Shown here in pieces: positions 8,400 through 16,697 of a stretch of 64,000 nt of DNA (positions are counted from its first letter, which is position 1; each line of letters opens with the position of its first letter). The notes under the pieces were generated by a model. It saw only the letters and a program-made list of their open reading frames with translations. It had not been told where the DNA came from and made no database searches. The translations under genes were made by a program, and so were the position numbers. Source of the DNA: Bacteroidia bacterium (GTDB taxonomy: Bacteria; Bacteroidota; Bacteroidia; CAIKAF01); assembly GCA_030427255.1 (NCBI GenBank), contig JAUHWY010000016.1:929-64928 (forward strand). The letters run 5' to 3'.

Positions 8400-10115
8400 T
8401 TAGTGCACCACCGATATGCGGCTGTACCACTGTTGTTTTTCGCCCTTAAGCAGCAGGAGATAGGTGCCTGCGGCTAGGTTTTGGACAGAAATGCTGCTCT
8501 CACTCTGGGGAACATCGTACTCTGCATTTCCTATCCGTTGCCCGGTGAGGCTAAAGAGTTCCCATCCATTGATGGGCAAACCTTCAATCCGCACTTGGTC
8601 GTTGCTTGGATTCGGGAAGATGTTGAAATGCTGGTTGGCATCGCTAATGCCCTGCATGGAGCTAATGGTTACGTCAATGCAGGTAGTGTCGGCGTTTCCA
8701 CAGTCGTTGTAGGCATAAATACATACCGTTTTAGGTCCAAGCGAAGTGTAAGTGTGTACGTAAGGTAAAGTGGGGTTGGTAACCACACTGCCCATACCAA
8801 AGTCAACCACAACAGAGTCGGCACCCTCAATGCTGTCAGGCACGGTTACATCCGGACCGTCTACCGAAAGGTTAACGTCAGCATCTACATCGGCGCAAAG
8901 GTCTACGGTTTCACAAATACTATCTACCACGCAGCCGTTGTCTGCTTTTAGGCAAACGCAAAAGGAGCCGCTGGAGGGGAAGGTGTGGGTATAGGGTTGT
9001 CCGCTTGCGGGAACGTAATCGCTCGGACAGAAGAGCCAAGTAGCGTTGGGGCTAGAACCGGAAGTATTGGTAACTTCCACGTCCAACTCATCGATGGTGT
9101 GAGAAAAGCTGAGGTTTAGAGCCGCAGGAGACGAAGAGGCCGTTCCGTTGGCGGAGCCTGTAGTTTGTGGATCACTAGCGTTAACACGGAAAAGGTAACC
9201 GGAACCGGGTGTCATATTAGGTAGGGTGCCGGTGATGCTGCTGCCGGTGGTAGCATTGAGCGTACCAATTACGTTTCCGGAGAAGTTGCCGTTGGCGTCG
9301 GACATTTCCAAGCTAAAGGTATTGTTGGCGTTCATTGGGCCGTTAACCAAGGTAAAGGGCACTGTAATGGACTGCCCGGAGCACAGGGTAGCCGAAGCCG
9401 GGTCGCCGGTGGTGATTCCGGGTACCACCAATGGACCGGTAATTTCGATATCATCAATGCCGAGGGCGGGGTCGCTACCTCCGGTGGCTTGGTTGTTCAC
9501 AAAGCGCCATCCAAAGCGCAGTTGCGCGCGGTTGTCAAATGCGGGGTCGGTAAGTGTGGTTTGGGTCCAACTGCTCTGGCCAACCATAGTAAAGTTGGGG
9601 TACTGAGTCCAAGTACTTCCGCCGTTTGTTGAGTAATACAACTCACCAAAGGCCTCGTTGGGACTTCCTGCACAAAGCCACCAAAAGCTCAAACTTACCC
9701 CCGTTTGCCCGGTGGTGTTGACGTCAACGGACATGTGGGTAAAATAATTTTGAGAAAAGGTACACAACCCATCTGCAGCGCGGTAGTGCGCATTGTCAAC
9801 ACCCGTGTTAAATCCATCCAAAGAGCTTAGATGAAGGTAATTTCCATTAGGGTTGGTAATGCCTCCCGGTTGTGCCGGAGTGGCAGAAATAGGAACATTA
9901 ATGGTTTGGAAACAAAAAATACTGATGTTTCCACCGTTGTAACTGTTGTTTATGGTCCAAGTGTTGTCACCGACATTGGTGGAGTTTACTGCGGTGGAGT
10001 TCAACACCATGTCGGCGCTAAACGCATTGGAAAAATCTTCAAAAAAGAGCTGTTGGGTTTGGGCACTTAAGCCAAGGCTAAGCGAACCAAAGAGTATGGT
10101 ACATAGTTTTTTCAT
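8400..10115 (-). CDS. T9SS type A secreted protein with beta-sandwich/PKD-like domains
   Basis: Start MKKLCTILF at 10115; 'FFEDF', 'IDDIEI', PKD-like 'HTF..SG...VCL'; CTD 'IFPNPS...LAAGTYLL'. Confidence 0.85.
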   Translation of the reverse strand: MKKLCTILFGSLSLGLSAQTQQLFFEDFSNAFSADMVLNSTAVNSTNVGDNTWTINNSYNGGNISIFCFQTINVPISATPAQPGGITNPNGNYLHLSSLDGFNTGVDNAHYRAADGLCTFSQNYFTHMSVDVNTTGQTGVSLSFWWLCAGSPNEAFGELYYSTNGGSTWTQYPNFTMVGQSSWTQTTLTDPAFDNRAQLRFGWRFVNNQATGGSDPALGIDDIEITGPLVVPGITTGDPASATLCSGQSITVPFTLVNGPMNANNTFSLEMSDANGNFSGNVIGTLNATTGSSITGTLPNMTPGSGYLFRVNASDPQTTGSANGTASSSPAALNLSFSHTIDELDVEVTNTSGSSPNATWLFCPSDYVPASGQPYTHTFPSSGSFCVCLKADNGCVVDSICETVDLCADVDADVNLSVDGPDVTVPDSIEGADSVVVDFGMGSVVTNPTLPYVHTYTSLGPKTVCIYAYNDCGNADTTCIDVTISSMQGISDANQHFNIFPNPSNDQVRIEGLPINGWELFSLTGQRIGNAEYDVPQSESSISVQNLAAGTYLLLLKGEKQQWYSRISVVH

Positions 10116-10231
10116 AAGGACTTCATTTTCTTTAGTAAAAATAGTGATTTGTAAGAAAAAAGCCCTTTTGTTCACAAAATTCCTGTCAAAATTTAGGGAT
10201 TAGGCCTCGCGCTAAGGTTTATTGCGGGAAT

Positions 10232-11548
10232 TTAATTGGATTGGAACGCAGCTTCTTGCCTTTCTTTCTCAAAAAAGAAGCGTTCTTCTCCAAAGGCGGG
10301 CTTAAGGTCGTCGAGCCAAATGGCTTTTTCGTCGTATTTTGCAAAGAAGGGCCGGTGCACCCATTGGGCATTTCTGCCTTGAATGAACCGAAGGGTAATG
10401 ACCTTTTCGCCGGCTACATTTGCCGGTCCCAGCACCTGTACTTTTCCCGGCCCTGCCGACATGCTTGGGCCGCGCACCGTACGACAAATACCGCTTACCC
10501 CTTGGTAGGCTTTTTGAAATATTTCCCAAGCCCTAACCAAGGGCACGGCAAAGTAGTCTTGGGCACCCGTATCTCTAGCTAAAAACATATAGTAAGGTAT
10601 GCAGCCATGCTTTACTTGCAGTTGCCACATTTCTTTCCATGCCTCGGCGCTGTCGTTAATGCCTGCCATAATGGGGGATTGGGTGCGAATCTCTGCTCCG
10701 GTAGATTTGATTTTGGCTATGGCCTCCTGCACGGCAGGCGTGCGTAGTTCGGCAGGATGATTAAAGTGCGCCATAAAGGCGAGATGTAGGCCGGAAGCGC
10801 GTACTTCTTTGAATAAGTCCAGTACATCTTCGGCATCCTTATCCGTTAAAAAGCGGTAGGGCCAATAGCCGAGAGCCTTAGTACCAATGCGGATATGCCT
10901 TAGGTTTGGCACGTTTCCATGGAGCAAGGGCTCAATGTACATGCGGAGCCTTTTGGCGGTCATTATCATGGGGTCGCCGCCGGTAAACAAGACGTCGGTG
11001 ATTTCGGGGTGGCGCTTTAGGTATTTTACCAAAAGCTCGGTTTCTTGCATGGCAAATTTTAGTTCGTCCATGCCCACAAACTGTGGCCAGCGAAAACAAA
11101 AGGTGCAATAGGCATGGCAGGTTTGGCCGTGCTGAGGAAAAAACAAGGCTGTTTGGTCGTATTTATGTTGCACCCCGGTGAGCTTTACGCCGTCAATTTC
11201 GGGTACGTTTTGCTCTTGTTGTCCGGCAGGGTGTGGATTCAATTGCAAACGAATGCGGTCTGCTATTTTTTTCAACTCCACTTTTCCTACTTCTTTACGC
11301 AAGGCTTCGGCTATGAGCTTGTAATGGGCATTGCTCAGCATTTCTTTTTGAGGAAATGTAAGCCGGAACATTGGGTCGTTGGGTACTTTTTCCCAATCGA
11401 TAAGTTGCTCCACTACATAATTGTTGACCTTAAATGGAAGTACCGACCCCACCACCTCAATGTCGAATTGCTCATCGGCAGATAAGTAGGTTTGCACTTG
11501 AGGGATTTTTCGAAAATTGGATAGGGTATATACTTTGTACTTTTCCAT
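10232..11548 (-). CDS. KamA-family radical SAM / PLP aminomutase (lysine 2,3-aminomutase-like)
   Basis: CHAYCTFC, 'LFTGGDP', 'HFNHP.EL', 'PYYMF', 'SAGPGK'; start reassigned to MEKYK because TATTTTTG lies at 11618-11625 (-). Confidence 0.88.
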   Translation of the reverse strand: MEKYKVYTLSNFRKIPQVQTYLSADEQFDIEVVGSVLPFKVNNYVVEQLIDWEKVPNDPMFRLTFPQKEMLSNAHYKLIAEALRKEVGKVELKKIADRIRLQLNPHPAGQQEQNVPEIDGVKLTGVQHKYDQTALFFPQHGQTCHAYCTFCFRWPQFVGMDELKFAMQETELLVKYLKRHPEITDVLFTGGDPMIMTAKRLRMYIEPLLHGNVPNLRHIRIGTKALGYWPYRFLTDKDAEDVLDLFKEVRASGLHLAFMAHFNHPAELRTPAVQEAIAKIKSTGAEIRTQSPIMAGINDSAEAWKEMWQLQVKHGCIPYYMFLARDTGAQDYFAVPLVRAWEIFQKAYQGVSGICRTVRGPSMSAGPGKVQVLGPANVAGEKVITLRFIQGRNAQWVHRPFFAKYDEKAIWLDDLKPAFGEERFFFEKERQEAAFQSN

Positions 11549-11657
11549 GCCGGTATTTAAGGGTATTGAAACCAAAGAACGAACTTTGGAATATTTGATA
11601 AGATGAATAGAATCTTGCAAAAATACAAAATTTGAAAATTAATAAAAAGTAACTTTT

Positions 11658-11804
11658 GCGCCAGGGGCCGAAGGAATAGCCCGGAGGCTTTGGCCCCGTG
11701 CAGCTTAGCCGAGGATGCGTAGCTTTGCGAAGCAACCGCAGGCTTAGCTGCACGTGGGCTAAAGCCGAGGACTAGCACTGAGGACCCGCCCGGGCGCCCA
11801 AAAA
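11658..11804 (+). repeat. Dispersed structured palindromic element, copy 3
   Basis: GCGCCAGGGG...TAGCCCGGA [stem GGCTTTGGCCCCGTGCAGCTTAGCC / GGCTTAGCTGCACGTGGGCTAAAGCC] GAGGACT...GGGCGCCCAAAA. Confidence 0.8.
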
Positions 11805-11832
11805 AAATCCCCCCAACACGTGGAGGGATTTT
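11801..11832 (-). terminator. Intrinsic terminator of the IgGFc/type-B-CTD gene
   Basis: AAAATCCCCCCA-ACACG-TGGAGGGATTTT hairpin with A-run on +. Confidence 0.65.
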
Positions 11833-11839
11833 AATCGAA

Positions 11840-14800
11840 TTACCGAATCAGGTTTACTTTGCCTTGAAGCGGGCTGTCGTCGAAGGGGAAAGGGCTGTCG
11901 ACTTGATATTCAATGCGGTAATTATAAATGCCTACCGGAACTTCTTGGTTGAGGTGCGTGCCGTCCCAACCGTGTTCCAGCTTGTTGCTGGTGAAGATTT
12001 CGTCGCCCCAGCGGTTGAATATCCGCAAAGTGTAGGACTTGATTCGTGTGCCGTAGGCTCGGAAAATTTCGTTGTCGCCGTCGCCGTTGGGGGTAAAGGT
12101 GTTGGGTACGAACAGCGTGGGACGGCAGCCATCGCGCAGGTGAATGCTGTCGCGGATTTCGCAGCCGTAAGGATCTATGGTAAAGGCATGGTACCAGCCG
12201 GTGTCGCTTACTGCTATTTTGTGCCCTTGCTCGCCGTGTTGCCATTGCCAGTCGTAATCGGGGTCAAGCCAAAGGGTTATGCTTTGATCGCAAACGAAAG
12301 TATCTTCCGGAGTTCGATCTATGGGTTCGGGAGCTTCGGAGACCAAAAAGGTCCAAATGGAGTCGCAACCCGCTAAGCTTTGGTAGCGCCTTTCAAAGAT
12401 TCCGGCATGGTGGAAGGTCTGTTGACCAAAGGTTGCCGGCTGGCCTTGGCATAGGCTTAGGTTTACTAAGCTGTCCAACACAGGGGCCACCCGAATTTCT
12501 GTAATGTAAATGGAGTCGCAGCCAAACTGAGATTGGAGGGAATCTATATAGGTTCCTGCCTGGTTTTGGTTGCCGGTTGCCGTGGGCCAGCTTTCTCCTT
12601 CGCAGAGCTGAATGGTCTCGTTTTGAGTGGTTACCGGGTCTAGGCTTACCTGATACACAAATACCGAATCACAGCCCCTAATGGTTTGATATGCCTGAGT
12701 ATATACTCCTCCTTGATGCACCACTTGACCGTTGGGTAGGCTGAGGCTGCTTCCATCGCATAGCCTGAAGTTTTGAGTGAAACTATGGCTTGGCCAAACC
12801 GTAAGTTGCGTGTTTAGCGTCGAGTCACAACCTTGGGTTGTACTTAAGGTTAGGCTGTGTATGCCCGGTGTTTGTACCTGCAAGCCGTTGGCTAGGGTAT
12901 GCACGTCCCCTTGGCATATAAAGGCACTGTCGTTTTGGGTGTAGCTCGGTTGTTGGCTAATCGTTATTAAAAAGGTAGAATCGCAGCCATGTATGGTTGA
13001 CAAAGTCAGGTTGAAGCTGCCCGGATTTTGGGTCCAACTTTGGTCGGGCAGCATTAGGCTGTCTCCTTGGCAAAAGTCGGCCTGCCAAGCGATTTGATAG
13101 CTAGGCCAAACCTGCACTTGATGCAGGATGGTGGAGTCGCAGCCTGCCATGCTTTGCAGGTTGGTGGTATATAGGCCTATTTGCTGAACATGGCTGCCGT
13201 TGCTGAGTTGTACCGAGTCGCCTTGACAAATGCTGCTTTGCAGGTTGGTTTGAAAGGTGTCGGCGACGCTAAGGAAGGTGGTGAACAGGCTGTCGCAGCC
13301 TTGAATGGAGCTTAATTGGCTTATATAAGTTCCGCTTTGCTGAACCGTTTGCCCATCGGGAAGGCTGTGGCTTTGGCCTTCACAAATGGTGACCCAAAGG
13401 CTGTCGTGGTACACCGGCCATAATTGCAGTTGGGTCTCCATTATGGAGTCGCATCCCAAGCTGCTGCTTAGGGTGTCAAGGTAGGTCCCGGCCGATTGAA
13501 CGGTTTGTCCGGAGGGCAGCGTGTAGTTTTGGCCTTGACAAATAAAAGCTTGCTGTTGGATATGGTGCACCGGATTCACTTGTAGGTGTATGGTTACGGT
13601 GGAATCGCAGCCTGCTGTGGTTTGCAGGGGAAAGCTGTAGGTGCCGCTTTGGCTTTGATAGCTTTGGTTGGGCATGGCCAAAGAGTCGCCTTGGCAAATG
13701 TGCACCTGAATTTGGGTCCAAAAGGTGTCGTGCACCGTCAATTGGGTTTGGATGATGGAATCGCAACCCCAAAGGCTTTGCAGGGAGCTGGTATAGGTTC
13801 CGGTTTGTTGCACTTGCTGCCCGTCCGGCAGGCTGTAGCTTTGTCCTCGGCAAATGTCGGCGGTTTGGTTTTGGTTAAATATGGGGTCAACAAAGAGCGT
13901 GGTTACCCTAATGGAATCGCAGCCAAAGGTCGTGGCAAGGTGGTCGGTGTATACTCCGCTTTGGTGCTGCCAGGCGTTTTGAAGCCATGCCGAGTCGCCT
14001 TGGCAAATGCGTGTGGTTACAGAGTCAAGGTATACCGGGTGTACCTGAACCATAATATGGGCGGTGTCCGAAGCGCAAAGGCTGTCGGAGGCTACCAGAC
14101 TATAATTGCCGGCCTGTATTGCCTGAGCGCTTGGAATGCTCGGGTTTTGGATGCTGCTTATAAATCCTGAAGGGCCTGTCCACTGGTATTGCAAGCCTGT
14201 AGCTACTTGGGCTTGCAGCTGTAGGGTGTCGGATTGACACAAAGGCGCATTGTAGCTGAGTTGTGGGGTGGCAGGAGGGGTGTGGATCCTAAGCTCAAAG
14301 GTGTCCGGAATAATAGGGCAAACGCCTACATTACCTTGGATCACAAATTGCCCTTGGTGGCCCTGCACAGAGGGTTGAACGGCTACCGAATCTCCTGTGG
14401 CCGAAAAATTATTCGGGCCGGACCATTGATAGGTAGCGCCATTGATTCGGTCCACCTGAAGCAAAAAGCCATCGCCAAGGCAAACCGTATCTTGGGGATC
14501 CGGTATTTGGAATTCAAAGGCATTGTAGTCGGAGAAATAACCATAGCGGCAACCGGATGTGCCACCCCCATTTACCACTCCCATATGAAAGAGGTGGCTG
14601 CTGTTGGTGAGCCTGGAAGCCTGACCTGTAGGAACCTGATTGCTAAGGTTGATTTGGGCATACATCCATGCACCATTGGAGCCGGGTACCGGTTGAAAGG
14701 CATTGGCCGAGACCCAGCCGGTGTTGCCGTTGAGGTTGAAGTTTCCTTCGCCTCCGGTTTGAACAATCACGTTCATGGCAAAAAACTCGTTGGTAGAGCG

Positions 14801-15829
14801 GGTAAAGCTCACCGAAGAGGAGCCTGTACATTCTATGGTAGGGAGCAGCGCACCGCCCACCTCGCAGCCAAAGCCGGTGGCGTGCAGCACATAGCTTGGG
14901 GAGCTGGTTTGAATGTAGGCCACTGGGTTGGCCAAGGTATGGGCATAGGTTTCACCTGCTTGAAGCGTCGCCACGGTAGTACCATCAACTTGCACCGTGG
15001 TGCCGTTTTGGCTAGCCAATACAAATACTTTATCCGGACCGTTTAAGTAGCCTTTTACCACAATATATTCATCGCCAATAACAGGAATTGGTACAATTTG
15101 GTCCCCCATAATGTCCATGCACCCGCCATAGGGAGCTCCTCTCATGGAATCGTCGTTGATGGTAATGGCAATGGGCTTATCCGAAACTACGGAGGTTCCT
15201 TCCAAATGCTGGTTGGCTGCTGTGCTTACCGCTCGGCCGTTCCAGGTTTCGCCTTGATTAAGCTGAATTGTGAAGCTTTGTCCTCCGGGGTGCCCCACAA
15301 TATCTTGAGTGGGGGTTATGGTAATGGTGGTGTTGTTTTGAGTGGCCACAATATCAAAACCGGATCGTGCATAATTTATATTGGAAAAAAAGTTTTGAAA
15401 GGGCAACAGGAATTGAGTTCCCAAAGCATTTTTACCTTTCAAGGTAAAGATGTCGGGGTTGCAGCCACAGCCGGGGTTTATTTCGTAATAGGCGGTAATC
15501 GGTGCCGAGGATCGAATTCTAAACCCCTTAGTTAGTACTGCATTGGGCGGGTCATTTTCTATCATGGTAATCCATTGAGTCAGGTCAATGGACTGTGCGC
15601 TGTTTGGCCCTAGGGTTAAGGTTTGGACCGGGAAGTTGGGGTTTGCCGGTTGTTCTATACGAATGGTGGCCGCCTGATTAAAGGTGGCGAATCGGAAAAG
15701 GATGGGCCGATCCCCATGATTTTGAGCTGCCTCAGGGGCAACGAACCAAAATAGGGTGTCTTTTTGTGCTTTGGCATTTAGAAAAAGCAAGCACAGGCAT
15801 GCCGTTAAGAGGGTAAGACGTGTTTTCAT
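11840..15829 (-). CDS. Large secreted adhesin: IgGFc-binding N-terminal domain, ~52-aa GCDS repeats, T9SS type B (gliding-motility-associated) CTD
   Basis: 'LGTQF', 'LNQGET', 'V.SDKPIA', 'DQIVP'; 11 GCDS repeats at ~156-bp spacing; C-terminus 'VPNTFTPNGDGDN..F...IFNRWG...WDGT...G.Y.Y...G.V.LIR'. Confidence 0.9.
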   Translation of the reverse strand: MKTRLTLLTACLCLLFLNAKAQKDTLFWFVAPEAAQNHGDRPILFRFATFNQAATIRIEQPANPNFPVQTLTLGPNSAQSIDLTQWITMIENDPPNAVLTKGFRIRSSAPITAYYEINPGCGCNPDIFTLKGKNALGTQFLLPFQNFFSNINYARSGFDIVATQNNTTITITPTQDIVGHPGGQSFTIQLNQGETWNGRAVSTAANQHLEGTSVVSDKPIAITINDDSMRGAPYGGCMDIMGDQIVPIPVIGDEYIVVKGYLNGPDKVFVLASQNGTTVQVDGTTVATLQAGETYAHTLANPVAYIQTSSPSYVLHATGFGCEVGGALLPTIECTGSSSVSFTRSTNEFFAMNVIVQTGGEGNFNLNGNTGWVSANAFQPVPGSNGAWMYAQINLSNQVPTGQASRLTNSSHLFHMGVVNGGGTSGCRYGYFSDYNAFEFQIPDPQDTVCLGDGFLLQVDRINGATYQWSGPNNFSATGDSVAVQPSVQGHQGQFVIQGNVGVCPIIPDTFELRIHTPPATPQLSYNAPLCQSDTLQLQAQVATGLQYQWTGPSGFISSIQNPSIPSAQAIQAGNYSLVASDSLCASDTAHIMVQVHPVYLDSVTTRICQGDSAWLQNAWQHQSGVYTDHLATTFGCDSIRVTTLFVDPIFNQNQTADICRGQSYSLPDGQQVQQTGTYTSSLQSLWGCDSIIQTQLTVHDTFWTQIQVHICQGDSLAMPNQSYQSQSGTYSFPLQTTAGCDSTVTIHLQVNPVHHIQQQAFICQGQNYTLPSGQTVQSAGTYLDTLSSSLGCDSIMETQLQLWPVYHDSLWVTICEGQSHSLPDGQTVQQSGTYISQLSSIQGCDSLFTTFLSVADTFQTNLQSSICQGDSVQLSNGSHVQQIGLYTTNLQSMAGCDSTILHQVQVWPSYQIAWQADFCQGDSLMLPDQSWTQNPGSFNLTLSTIHGCDSTFLITISQQPSYTQNDSAFICQGDVHTLANGLQVQTPGIHSLTLSTTQGCDSTLNTQLTVWPSHSFTQNFRLCDGSSLSLPNGQVVHQGGVYTQAYQTIRGCDSVFVYQVSLDPVTTQNETIQLCEGESWPTATGNQNQAGTYIDSLQSQFGCDSIYITEIRVAPVLDSLVNLSLCQGQPATFGQQTFHHAGIFERRYQSLAGCDSIWTFLVSEAPEPIDRTPEDTFVCDQSITLWLDPDYDWQWQHGEQGHKIAVSDTGWYHAFTIDPYGCEIRDSIHLRDGCRPTLFVPNTFTPNGDGDNEIFRAYGTRIKSYTLRIFNRWGDEIFTSNKLEHGWDGTHLNQEVPVGIYNYRIEYQVDSPFPFDDSPLQGKVNLIR

Positions 15830-15834
15830 AGGTG

Positions 15835-16048
15835 AAAATTGTGGGAGTAAAAAAGAACGCTTGGTTCTTAGTAAGCAACAACCTCCCTTACCCAGACACG
15901 CCGGGACGAAAAAAAACCCTTTTCGCAGCTAACCCTTGATTGGGCTTAGCAGAAAAGAGTTGGTTTAAAAAATGCCCTTAAGGGCAGATTTCTTACCTGG
16001 TTTTTTCCGGTGGGAGGCGGTGAAACCAAGAAATCTGAAATAAATTTA
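15835..16048 (-). promoter_or_regulatory. Candidate structured 5' leader with two terminator-like hairpins
   Basis: 10-bp perfect IR 15985-15994/16028-16037; palindrome 15973-15986 + U6; hairpin 15915-15961 + U-run; near-consensus TAAATTTA at 16041-16048 (-). Confidence 0.5.
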
Positions 16049-16161
16049 CAATGGCTTGTTCATAAATCAAAGGCCGTTACAAGGATTTAATACAGAAAAA
16101 ACAGGAGCGAAATCTTACTTGTTTAGAAATGAGGTTTTTGTATGAATAGGCTAGGGGTGGA

Positions 16162-16315
16162 TTTTTTGGGCCGCCATTTCCGGCCCTTACTTTTACTCCG
16201 CAGGGGAACAAGGCTTCAGCCAAACCCATGCAGGGAGCTTGCATGCGCGCCGCTCCTGCACGGGTGGCTTCAGACCTTGTTCCCCTTTGCGGGGTAATCG
16301 TGCGGTCCGGGGCGG
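16162..16315 (-). repeat. Dispersed structured palindromic element, copy 4
   Basis: GCCATTTCCGGCCCT ... CGGTCCGGGGCG termini shared with 45321-45468; stem AGGGGAACAAGG / CCTTGTTCCCCT. Confidence 0.75.
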
Positions 16316-16494
16316 TAAATCTGTGTGGTGCGTGTTCCTAAAGGTAGATTACTGTACCTACTTATATAAAATCTCTTTGGGACATTATTCAGCTTTCTGG
16401 CATCTCTTTTTGGGCCATTATTTTCAACCTTTTTTTCTCTGGACTTAGGCGTTAAATGTTAAAAAAGCTTCATAAAAGCCCTTAAAATAAGGGG

Positions 16495-16602
16495 TTTCCT
16501 AAAAATGGAAACGGTAAGCTTTTGTTTTTCCAACAAATGGAAATTAACTCCAATATGACTACGAAAATGTCTTGATGGAGCTAAGTTGATGGCCTAGGTT
16601 TG
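16495..16602 (+). promoter_or_regulatory. Promoter region with two TTTCC-N7-GGAAA palindromes and a -7 box
   Basis: Palindromes at 16495-16511 and 16527-16543; TAGGTTTG at 16595-16602. Confidence 0.65.
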
Positions 16603-16697
16603 TATCGTCATAAAAGACATAGCAAAATAATAAGCTTGGGCCGGAGGCTTTCATCTCAAGAAAAATAAGCCGAGGCCGGGGTTAAAAAACAGGAATT

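Noticed and set aside
10232-11548. Calling the radical SAM gene epmB or kamA
   Set aside because: No efp/epmA or lysine-fermentation context; only family-level motifs are visible
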